Source: a virus. From it: a stretch of 37,868 nucleotides of DNA. The stretch lies in the IMG/VR virus record IMGVR_UViG_3300023223_000189, positions 1 through 37,868 of that record; one strand, given 5' to 3'. A program made the translations under genes and the position numbers. Each line of letters opens with the position of its first letter. Position 1 is the stretch's first letter. Below, piece by piece: positions 1-6,075 of this stretch. The notes under the pieces were generated by a model that saw only the letters and a program-made list of their open reading frames with translations, ran no database searches and was not told the DNA's origin.

Positions 1-372
1 AAGCTCGTCTTGAGCTAATCTCTTTTCTTTACCACTATCACTATCACTCTTACTATCACTCTTACTAACACTATCGGCTTTTCTGGGTTCCTTTGTGTTC
101 CCAGATAACCCAGTGGGTTCTTTTGGGTTACTTGGTCTTCCGCCCTTCAAACCGTTGTTTTTATTACGCTTAACGATGTTTTGGTACTTCTCATCGTCCC
201 GTGCAAACTGACTAGCGAATGGAGAGAATGCTACTTTTGCTATAGCAGTTAATTCAATTTGCTCTCCGAATTGATGCGCTTTTATTGCTCTGAATAACTG
301 GCCGCACTGCTCATCTGTGAGGTCATCCAGCACCGCAAGGCTATCCTTGTGAATTATGAACGACTTTCTCAT
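1..372 (-). CDS. Replication initiator/replisome organizer (O-like), N-terminal 124 codons. The gene crosses the window junction and continues at 37724 down to 37224.
   Basis: ATG at 372, 4 nt after the upstream HTH stop. The N-terminus MRKSFIIHKDSLAVLDDLTDEQCGQLFRAIKAH...KRNKNNGLKGGRPS resembles the DUF6291/Lin1244-type phage replisome-organizer N-domain. The frame is exactly continuous (372 = 124 codons) into 37724. Confidence 0.7.
   Translation of the reverse strand, partial: MRKSFIIHKDSLAVLDDLTDEQCGQLFRAIKAHQFGEQIELTAIAKVAFSPFASQFARDDEKYQNIVKRNKNNGLKGGRPSNPKEPTGLSGNTKEPRKADSVSKSDSKSDSDSGKEKRLAQDEL
34..75. repeat. Seven tandem ACTNNN hexamers (ACTATC ACTATC ACTCTT ACTATC ACTCTT ACTAAC ACTATC) inside the initiator gene
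   Basis: Read directly. They encode the Ser/Asp/Lys linker DSVSKSDSKSDSDSG on the minus strand. Confidence 0.9.
84..130. promoter_or_regulatory. Iteron-like TGGGTT repeats (candidate replication origin inside the initiator gene)
   Basis: TGGGTT occurs at 84-89, 114-119 and 124-129, so starts are spaced 30 and 10 bp. AACCCA at 107-112 forms the 13-bp palindrome AACCCAGTGGGTT (107-119). The ori assignment is by analogy with lambda ori lying inside gene O. Confidence 0.35.
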
Positions 373-376
373 AGGG

Positions 377-580
377 CTATTTCTCTCCCAGCGCGACGAA
401 CTCGCTTACGCTGTAACCGAATATCTGAGCCATTGAGAGAAGCATCATTACCGTTGGCTGCTTATGTCCATTCACAATCGCAGACATGTGAGCCCTCGAT
501 ATTGCCAGTTGATCAGCCAGGTTTGTTGCTCTCATTTCCTTGTTGGCCAATGCCACTTTGATTGACTTGCCGATGTTCAT
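377..580 (-). CDS. XRE/Cro-type helix-turn-helix transcriptional regulator
   Basis: 67 aa. MRATNLADQLAISRAHMSAIVNGHKQP is a classic HTH_3 pattern. It is the first gene after a strong promoter and sits directly upstream of the replication genes. Confidence 0.8.
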   Translation of the reverse strand: MNIGKSIKVALANKEMRATNLADQLAISRAHMSAIVNGHKQPTVMMLLSMAQIFGYSVSEFVALGEK

Positions 581-610
581 ATTAGTCCTTAATTGTTATT
601 GCTAGCTAAC

Positions 611-638
611 ATTATAGTCAAATAAAAGGCCCGGTCAA
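611..638 (-). promoter_or_regulatory. Sigma70-like promoter for the Cro-like/replication operon
   Basis: The minus strand reads TTGACC (638-633), a 16-nt spacer, then TATAAT (616-611). Confidence 0.55.
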
Positions 639-644
639 CAGGCC
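621..644 (-). terminator. Intrinsic terminator after the AP2-domain gene
   Basis: The minus strand reads GGCCTG-TTGAC-CGGGCC followed by TTTTATTT. The stop codon and the -35 of the next promoter lie inside the hairpin. Confidence 0.5.
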
Positions 645-955
645 ATTATCAAGTCTCTCTCAGTCGCGTAAGCTTTCGCAGCATCCAGCTTTTCAACGTA
701 TGAGCCCAGGTCTTTCCTGATGTGATCAATAGAGATAGAGGCGCGCCATCTGCCGGACGTTTTGTTCAGGGTTACTCCACGGTAGCCGCTGGTATTATTT
801 GCCCTGATAAGCGTCCTGTCGTCGGTTTGGTATCTATCTAGTTCTGAGTCGTAGAGAACGTGGCCGCAGTGATTACACTCATGCCAGGACTCATAGCCGG
901 AGCTGTTTAGAGTCATTGGCGTATTGTGGCAGCGGGGCTTCTTTGATTCTTCCAT
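635..955 (-). CDS. AP2-domain DNA-binding protein with N-terminal Cys/His cluster (homing-endonuclease-associated type of domain)
   Basis: SGYRGVTLNKTSGRWRASISIDHIRKDLGSYVEKLDAAKAYA matches the AP2/ERF-like domain pattern. The start was chosen at MEESKK (ATG 955), abutting the upstream stop. No clear HNH motif was seen. Confidence 0.6.
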   Translation of the reverse strand: MEESKKPRCHNTPMTLNSSGYESWHECNHCGHVLYDSELDRYQTDDRTLIRANNTSGYRGVTLNKTSGRWRASISIDHIRKDLGSYVEKLDAAKAYATERDLIMAC

Positions 956-956
956 G

Positions 957-1250
957 CTATACCTGCTGTGTGGCCTTGGTTTCCGGCTGGACGAATATAA
1001 CTTCGGTTTCTGGCAGGCCAAACCGGCTATCTGCGTAAATAATATCAAGCTCCTGCTCTATAAAAGCGTTCGATTCCTTGGCCCACTCCTTGCCGTTATT
1101 CCACCCCGTGCGGCGCACTATAATCTTGCCCTTATTTGGGCCGCCGTCTAGCTCGATAAGCCCATTCCATTCGCTCTTGATGGTTACATCACCCACACGA
1201 TGGCCCATAATCTTTAGCTCATATTTCTGCAGCAGTGTCATGCTGTTCAT
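957..1250 (-). CDS. Hypothetical protein
   Basis: ORF with ATG at 1250 preceded by AAGGATAAAGAAG. The longer TTG start at 1340 would overlap the upstream gene. Confidence 0.55.
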   Translation of the reverse strand: MNSMTLLQKYELKIMGHRVGDVTIKSEWNGLIELDGGPNKGKIIVRRTGWNNGKEWAKESNAFIEQELDIIYADSRFGLPETEVIFVQPETKATQQV

Positions 1251-1317
1251 CTTCTTTATCCTTCTATTGGCTGTATGTTGGTTAGTGGTGGTTATACTTC
1301 TGTATATGCTGGAGTGA

Positions 1318-1554
1318 TTAACCTGTATAGGGAAGATCAAAACCGTTTTGGGCCCATATATCTATTTTCTTCAGGCACTTTTTGCAGTCAATGCCATCCG
1401 TGTCCTTTGTGAAATCAAAATGTCTTTCTTTTGACAGCATTAATCCGTCGCAGAATTTAACTTTTCCAGGAATCAGCCCCTCATGAGCCCATTGCTCTAA
1501 GGCTTCAGCGCTTCCATGAGTCCATTCCTGATAATGCGTTTTTAGGTGTGTCAT
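1318..1554 (-). CDS. Hypothetical protein with C-terminal CxxC
   Basis: 78 aa, with a strong GGAGGA Shine-Dalgarno upstream of the ATG. Confidence 0.6.
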   Translation of the reverse strand: MTHLKTHYQEWTHGSAEALEQWAHEGLIPGKVKFCDGLMLSKERHFDFTKDTDGIDCKKCLKKIDIWAQNGFDLPYTG

Positions 1555-1604
1555 GTGCTTCCTCCATGTTGTATTACTGTATTACATGTATGGGGGTGGG
1601 TGGG

Positions 1605-1865
1605 TTACGGTTTGTTAATGCGATGCGCCTTAATTTGTCGCCTAACCATTGCTTTAGCGTCTATAGCACCTTTGTATCCACTCCACCACTTGTCCTTGGT
1701 GTCTATTACCGGGGGGTATTTGTCACCCCTGGCAGAGTGGTATCCGTCGCACACAGGGCAATCGTACAGCTCAGGCGCGTCAGAGTTACACATAGGGCAA
1801 AAACCATACCTTAGCCTTAATCTACCCTTGATTAGAGACAGCCGCCTCTGTATTGCTATCTTCAT
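1605..1865 (-). CDS. Zinc-ribbon protein (CPMC...CPVC)
   Basis: ATG at 1865 with AAGGTGA upstream. There are two CxxC pairs. Confidence 0.55.
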   Translation of the reverse strand: MKIAIQRRLSLIKGRLRLRYGFCPMCNSDAPELYDCPVCDGYHSARGDKYPPVIDTKDKWWSGYKGAIDAKAMVRRQIKAHRINKP

Positions 1866-1891
1866 ATCATTCACCTTGTCTTTGCATATTG

Positions 1892-2158
1892 TTATAAGAG
1901 AGGGTTAATTCGGGTATTCCAATCCTTTATTAGTAGTCTTTTGCTGTCCCTTTCCATACATATCTCGCAATGATTACACTCTACCCACCAGCAGCTATCA
2001 CCATGCTCTGGTCCTTGAATATTCGAATCACCGCAAAACGGACATGGCGCGAGGTCGGCAGGATCTTTTTTCAACTTGTTTATAGACATATTTAATCTAT
2101 CAACCACTAACTTCTCTCTCTGGAGCATTTGTTGATATTCTAGTTCGTTCATATTCAT
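1892..2158 (-). CDS. lar: Lar-family restriction-alleviation-like protein
   Basis: CPFCGDSNIQ...WWVECNHCEICMERDSKRLLIKDWNTR matches the Lar pattern CPFCG...C..C...A...WN.R. AAGGAA Shine-Dalgarno is present. Confidence 0.65.
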   Translation of the reverse strand: MNMNELEYQQMLQREKLVVDRLNMSINKLKKDPADLAPCPFCGDSNIQGPEHGDSCWWVECNHCEICMERDSKRLLIKDWNTRINPLL

Positions 2159-2197
2159 ACTATTTCCTTAAATTAATCCATACCGGTCTATAGAGGG

Positions 2198-2365
2198 TTA
2201 ATACCCCGGATCAAAAATACTCATATCCGTTTGAAATTTAGTTATCTTGAATATGCACCATTTGTGGAAATTATATTTAACCACGGTCTTCGTCTGATGA
2301 TCATTAATTCTGTGTAATTCAGACCATGTATTAAATAAGCCTGCTTCTGTGTCTCGCCACTTCAT
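2198..2365 (-). CDS. Hypothetical 55-aa protein (below ORF-track length cutoff)
   Basis: Hand translation MKWRDTEAGLFNTWSELHRINDHQTKTVVKYNFHKWCIFKITKFQTDMSIFDPGY, with AAGGAAA upstream. It is the first gene of the leftward arm. Confidence 0.5.
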   Translation of the reverse strand: MKWRDTEAGLFNTWSELHRINDHQTKTVVKYNFHKWCIFKITKFQTDMSIFDPGY

Positions 2366-2559
2366 ATCATTTCCTTTAACCCATAGTTATCACTAGAAGG
2401 GGTAGCTGATCTACTAGCATTCCCCTCACCTTACAATCTATTCTACTGGTCAAATATACTACGCTTATCAGGTCACAGTTTTTCGTCTTACCGGACGTCT
2501 ATTAAATCAGCTTCAAGACCTGTTTAATTGCAGAGCCCTGTAGTGGCCCTACATACACC

Positions 2560-2820
2560 CCTTCTAATCCTGGCTACTTGTCTATGAGGGAAGTTGCCAT
2601 TTGCCGTCAGGCTTTCGTCTGTGCGGCTGGTGCGGTAGTTATCAGTGTTACAGTCTTTGATTACCCAGTGTTAGATCTGGTGGGTGTCACAGTACCCAGG
2701 GCTGGGCAGATTGGAGTATTACTAGGAGTTGTGTATAATCGTTTTACGCCTAGCAGCCTCTATCTGCTTTGGTCTGTCCTCAAACCCTCGATCAGTTGAT
2801 GCTGATTGGGGGTTTTCTAT
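2560..2820 (+). ncRNA. Candidate non-coding transcript ending at an orphan intrinsic terminator. The 5' end is uncertain.
   Basis: There is no convincing CDS. A weak promoter candidate is TTGCAG (2528-2533), 16 nt, TACATA (2550-2555). Several local helices are readable, for example 2703-2711 with 2761-2769, 2722-2726 with 2749-2753, and 2663-2668 with 2679-2687. The unit ends at the 2785-2820 terminator. Confidence 0.25.
2785..2820 (+). terminator. Intrinsic terminator in the middle of the divergent control region
   Basis: An 11-bp stem CCCTCGATCAG / CTGATTGGGGG (two G-U pairs), loop TTGATG, followed by TTTTCTATTT. Confidence 0.6.
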
Positions 2821-2841
2821 TTCGGAAGACCTGAAATTAAT

Positions 2842-2855
2842 CTTTATTGATAAAG
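2842..2855. promoter_or_regulatory. Operator-like palindrome CTTTATTGATAAAG
   Basis: Read directly. It is the reverse complement of the site at 3024-3037. Confidence 0.4.
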
Positions 2856-3023
2856 TGCCTGTCTTTCCAAGCTGTCAACTTTGCTCACCTTCCCAACCAA
2901 ACCAGAACACGGGAAGCTACGAGACCTTTCGGTTTCGGGTCTTAAACCCTCATCAGTCGTAGTAATTGTTCTGGCCTGCCTATCTACTTGCAAAATGGCG
3001 ATAGGGTATGATCTTTTCACTTA

Positions 3024-3037
3024 CTTTATCAATAAAG
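3024..3037. promoter_or_regulatory. Operator-like palindrome CTTTATCAATAAAG
   Basis: Same 14-bp element as 2842-2855 in the opposite orientation, 182 bp away. Confidence 0.4.
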
Positions 3038-3079
3038 ACTAATCTAGAACTAATATTAAACCTATATAGCCGTTTAGCA

Positions 3080-3118
3080 AGTGGCATATCCAGTCAGAAA
3101 GTGAACGTATTTGCCACT
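3080..3118. promoter_or_regulatory. Inverted repeat AGTGGCA-N25-TGCCACT upstream of the rightward arm
   Basis: Read directly. It lies 67 bp upstream of the first rightward ATG. Confidence 0.3.
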
Positions 3119-3184
3119 ATCCATATCTTGATTAATTAGTTACTGTAATGACACTGAATATTTGATCAGGGTTAAGGAGGTTAC

Positions 3185-3439
3185 ATGGCATCAAGTTCAA
3201 TGTGTAAGACCTACGCCGCATTAAAGGGTCGTGGTGACTGGATGAGTAGGCTAGAAATAGCTCACGAGTCCGGGGTTGGCCCCAGGTGGGTTGGAGTATG
3301 CTCAAGATTATTAGTAGAAGGAGGTGTTGCAGAATCAAAGACAATAGATCGACGTAAATATTACCGGCTATCAACGGGTCACGAAGATAGCGCGGTAGTT
3401 AATGATATCAATGAATCTAACAGGATTAAATCAATATGA
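3185..3439 (+). CDS. Small winged-helix-like DNA-binding protein
   Basis: Strong TAAGGAGG Shine-Dalgarno. LEIAHESGVGPRWVGVCSRLLVEGGVAESK...YYRL resembles a wHTH. It is the first gene of the rightward arm, and its stop overlaps the next start. Confidence 0.5.
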   Translation: MASSSMCKTYAALKGRGDWMSRLEIAHESGVGPRWVGVCSRLLVEGGVAESKTIDRRKYYRLSTGHEDSAVVNDINESNRIKSI

Positions 3440-4209
3440 TCAACACAACTATTATGACAGTAACTCCGTCCAAGGCAAAGAAAATGCTTGAGATGAACCT
3501 AAATAACCGGCCATTAAATGGTAAGCACGTAGCGTTCATTGTTAGCGAAATTAAAAATGGCAACTGGAGACTAAATGGCGAGTCAATCAAGATTGGAAAA
3601 GATCGTCTAATTGATGGTCAGCATCGACTTCAGGCTATCGTGCAGTCAGGCAAATCTATGAAGACCGTAGTAATGACAGGTATTGATGATGATGTTTTTG
3701 ATACAGTAGATACCGGACGAGCCCGAAAGCATGCAGATATTTTAGCTCTCAATGGGGAGAAAAATACAGCGGCATTGGCATCATTGCTTATTATGTTACA
3801 TCGATATTATGGGGAGAACTGGAAGGATACAAAAAGAATGTCAAATTCTGAAATTGAAAAGCTGTTGGAAAAGTATCCTGATGCAAGAGCCTCCGTTGCC
3901 CATAATTATAGAGCCACGGGCTTATTTGTGCCAAAGATAATTAATCTATGTCATTATGTATTTAGCAATATCGACAAGGATCAAGCGGATTATTTTATCT
4001 CTTCAATGTGTAGTGGTGCGAATTTATCATCAAACAATCCAATTTACACGCTACGCAACAAGGTTATGACTGCCAAGCTAACCGGGGCAAGACATCATCC
4101 TGATACTATTTGCACTATGGCGTTTAAAGCATGGAACATGATCCGGCAAGGGAAAAAGTCTACCAGGCTGCATGTTAAGAGTACCGACACTCCTGACAAG
4201 GCAGTTTAG
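3436..4209 (+). CDS. ParB N-terminal-domain (ParB/Srx, DGQHR-type) protein
   Basis: The LIDGQHRLQAIVQSGK motif and downstream DTGRARK are typical of phage ParB-like nuclease-domain proteins. Confidence 0.65.
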   Translation: MINTTIMTVTPSKAKKMLEMNLNNRPLNGKHVAFIVSEIKNGNWRLNGESIKIGKDRLIDGQHRLQAIVQSGKSMKTVVMTGIDDDVFDTVDTGRARKHADILALNGEKNTAALASLLIMLHRYYGENWKDTKRMSNSEIEKLLEKYPDARASVAHNYRATGLFVPKIINLCHYVFSNIDKDQADYFISSMCSGANLSSNNPIYTLRNKVMTAKLTGARHHPDTICTMAFKAWNMIRQGKKSTRLHVKSTDTPDKAV

Positions 4210-4225
4210 CAGCGTATAACCAACC

Positions 4226-4250
4226 AAGGAGCTTAGCGGCTCCTTTTTAT
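4226..4250 (+). terminator. Intrinsic terminator after the ParB-like gene
   Basis: AAGGAGC-TTAGCG-GCTCCTT followed by TTTAT. Confidence 0.6.
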
Positions 4251-4295
4251 GTGCAAGGGGTTTGGTATAATAAACATTCGATTAAGGAGATTTAC

Positions 4296-4475
4296 ATGAA
4301 AAGAATTATTGCTGCCGCCAAATCTCTGGCAATGACGGGATGGTTTGTTAAAGCGTCTTGGGGATATATCGTTACTCGGCGACCCTCTTCAAAAGTTGAA
4401 TTTATTGTAGGCATAGTCCCCGCATGGTTCCGATTTACTATTTCCACATATAAGGACATCAGGCCAGGTGTCTAA
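4296..4475 (+). CDS. Hypothetical 59-aa protein, probably membrane-associated
   Basis: TAAGGAG Shine-Dalgarno 6 nt upstream of ATG 4296. The sequence is hydrophobic and aromatic-rich. Confidence 0.5.
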   Translation: MKRIIAAAKSLAMTGWFVKASWGYIVTRRPSSKVEFIVGIVPAWFRFTISTYKDIRPGV

Positions 4476-4557
4476 TTCTAAGACTTGGAAAAGGTGCGCC
4501 CTCCCAGGCTAGGCAGAATTGATCACTGCCTATTGACTGATCATAAAAGGAATCTAT

Positions 4558-4842
4558 ATGAACTGTCCAAATCCAATGTGCAAGTACGGCGCTGATGCCA
4601 ATTGCTGCAATCCTATGCACTCGTTCGAGAATGTTGGCAAGCGATACAGGAAAAAGGGCGCTACGTTAATGCGCCCATATGTACCAGGAGAAGACCTTAC
4701 AGGCATGTCTGTCAGCGAGGAGGATACCCCAGAGTTAGGCGGTATGATTGCCATAGGCGATGATAATGGCGCTCAGTGGTATGTGTCGAAAGGGTACTTT
4801 GATCAGTTTTATGAAGAGGTCCCTATTGTGAAAGAATGTTAA
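4558..4842 (+). CDS. Hypothetical protein with N-terminal Cys cluster
   Basis: 94 aa, AAGGA Shine-Dalgarno, followed by a promoter/terminator unit. Confidence 0.6.
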   Translation: MNCPNPMCKYGADANCCNPMHSFENVGKRYRKKGATLMRPYVPGEDLTGMSVSEEDTPELGGMIAIGDDNGAQWYVSKGYFDQFYEEVPIVKEC

Positions 4843-4843
4843 C

Positions 4844-4872
4844 TTGATAGATCATAGGTATTGGTTGATAAT
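4844..4872 (+). promoter_or_regulatory. Sigma70-like promoter TTGATA-17-GATAAT
   Basis: -35 at 4844-4849, 17-nt spacer, -10 at 4867-4872. Confidence 0.5.
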
Positions 4873-4878
4873 TCAATC

Positions 4879-4990
4879 CTACACAGAAAGACACACAGGT
4901 ATATACAGTTAACCGACCGGAGCAAGTCATCATGGCCTAACTCGACTAAATCCAGCGCACTGGTAGCCTCCTTTATGGGGGCTTTTTATT
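4879..4990 (+). ncRNA. Candidate ~110-nt sRNA or terminating leader upstream of the first deformylase gene
   Basis: It is bounded by the promoter at 4844-4872 and the terminator at 4965-4990. No ORF longer than a few codons lies inside. Confidence 0.35.
4965..4990 (+). terminator. Intrinsic terminator
   Basis: AGCCTCC-TTTAT-GGGGGCT (one G-U pair) followed by TTTTATT. Confidence 0.6.
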
Positions 4991-5077
4991 GCCTATTCAT
5001 TACCAAACATTAACGGTCATATATCCTGGCAGAGGTTATGATGGAGGCTCATTGATAAGGGAATGGAGAAGAACGAA

Positions 5078-5512
5078 ATGTCAATAAAGTTTGAAGGGCA
5101 TCCAGCGCTTTACAGAACGTCTATGGCTGTTGAGGGCGGGACGGATGTTATTTCTATAATTAGTCACTTGTGGTCTGTAATGACACAAGAGCGAGGATGC
5201 GGATTAGCACATAACCAAGTTGGTGGATCAAAGAGAATCATTGTTATTCATGCCAATGGATTTCGACAAGAATTTATTAATCCTATTATTACTAAGCGGT
5301 ATGGAGGAAAGACCACCAGCAGGGAGGGCTGCCTATCATTTCCCGGTCTTCAGGTTTCTGTTATTCGTGACAAGAAAATAATCGTTGAAGGATTTGATAA
5401 AAATTGGAAGCCGGTTAAATTCAAGCTAAAGGGTCTAGCTTCTTGTTGTGTCCAGCATGAAATTGATCATCTGGACGGGGTAACTATAAGTGACTATAAG
5501 GATAACGAATGA
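5078..5512 (+). CDS. def: Peptide deformylase, minimal phage type (copy 1, 144 aa)
   Basis: All three PDF motifs are present: GCGLAHNQ, EGCLSFPG and QHEIDHLDG. The protein ends ~10 residues after HExxH. GGAG lies 9 nt upstream of ATG 5078. Confidence 0.85.
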   Translation: MSIKFEGHPALYRTSMAVEGGTDVISIISHLWSVMTQERGCGLAHNQVGGSKRIIVIHANGFRQEFINPIITKRYGGKTTSREGCLSFPGLQVSVIRDKKIIVEGFDKNWKPVKFKLKGLASCCVQHEIDHLDGVTISDYKDNE

Positions 5513-5754
5513 ACAAGCCATACACACAAGACCAACTAGACCACTACATGGAAGTCGGCAGCGATAGCCGGTTTGAATACTGCATGGTTCGGCAGCTGAT
5601 GGAGGAGAATAAGTTGCTTAGAAGCGACAAGACAATGCTGGTTAATATTATTGCAATGGACGCAGAAGGCTGTGAAGCATTGGTAAAGGCTCACCGTGAG
5701 CTAGAGGAGAGCCATGCAGAGCTTGAAGACCTGCTAGATGGATTGACTGAATAG
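5509..5754 (+). CDS. Hypothetical acidic coiled-coil protein
   Basis: ATGA overlap with def copy 1. 81 aa. Confidence 0.6.
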   Translation: MNKPYTQDQLDHYMEVGSDSRFEYCMVRQLMEENKLLRSDKTMLVNIIAMDAEGCEALVKAHRELEESHAELEDLLDGLTE

Positions 5755-5758
5755 GGGC

Positions 5759-5893
5759 TCACGAAGCCCCAGCAATACCCCGCATTACCAGATCAACCGC
5801 AATGTCACTATTAGCAGCACCGCTTACACTCCAGCCGGCAACCAGGATGAATAGCCAGAATGACATCCATAGTACTCGTTTTATGTTGATCAT
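5759..5893 (-). CDS. 44-aa single-pass membrane peptide (below ORF-track cutoff)
   Basis: Hand translation MINIKRVLWMSFWLFILVAGWSVSGAANSDIAVDLVMRGIAGAS. ATGA overlap with the upstream gene. It is the last gene of the inverted cassette. Confidence 0.45.
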   Translation of the reverse strand: MINIKRVLWMSFWLFILVAGWSVSGAANSDIAVDLVMRGIAGAS

Positions 5894-6075
5894 GACTTTT
5901 CCTTGATTAAGACCTCAATGATATCGTCTAACTTTTTTCTGATATTTGAATATCCGTCCTTCTGAAGGCCAAGGACAAATGTTGGCGAACATCCTTCTTC
6001 CTTTGCAATTTTGTGAAGATCCGAATTATCAAGGACAAGATCAATAATCTCTCCATAGTATATGTGCTTATTCAT
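5890..6075 (-). CDS. Hypothetical protein
   Basis: 61 aa, start/stop-coupled within the inverted cassette. Confidence 0.55.
   Translation of the reverse strand: MNKHIYYGEIIDLVLDNSDLHKIAKEEGCSPTFVLGLQKDGYSNIRKKLDDIIEVLIKEKS

Larger units (their letters stand above)
1..144. repeat. Terminal overlap: identical copy of 37725-37868 (circular closure or terminal redundancy)
   Basis: Read directly. aagctcgtcttgagctaatc...cttggtcttccgcc occurs at both window ends with no mismatch seen. Confidence 0.95.

Noticed and set aside
349-561. Plus-strand ORF opposite the Cro-like HTH gene
   Set aside because: It is antisense to a gene with a clear HTH motif and good operon context, and its translation is low-complexity.
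2578-2962. Track ORFs 2578..2799 and 2729..2962 in the control region
   Set aside because: They have no purine-rich ribosome-binding site. The 2578 ORF uses a TTG or ATG start in poor context and has a Val/Gly/Leu-heavy composition, and its stop falls in the terminator loop. I treat the region as non-coding, but a small hydrophobic peptide from 2584-2799 cannot be excluded without expression data.
2366-3184. CsrB-like GGA-rich sponge RNA for the phage CsrA in the long non-coding region
   Set aside because: I counted only about six GGA triplets in ~800 nt on the plus strand. That is no more than chance expectation, and they are not arranged in repeated hairpin loops.
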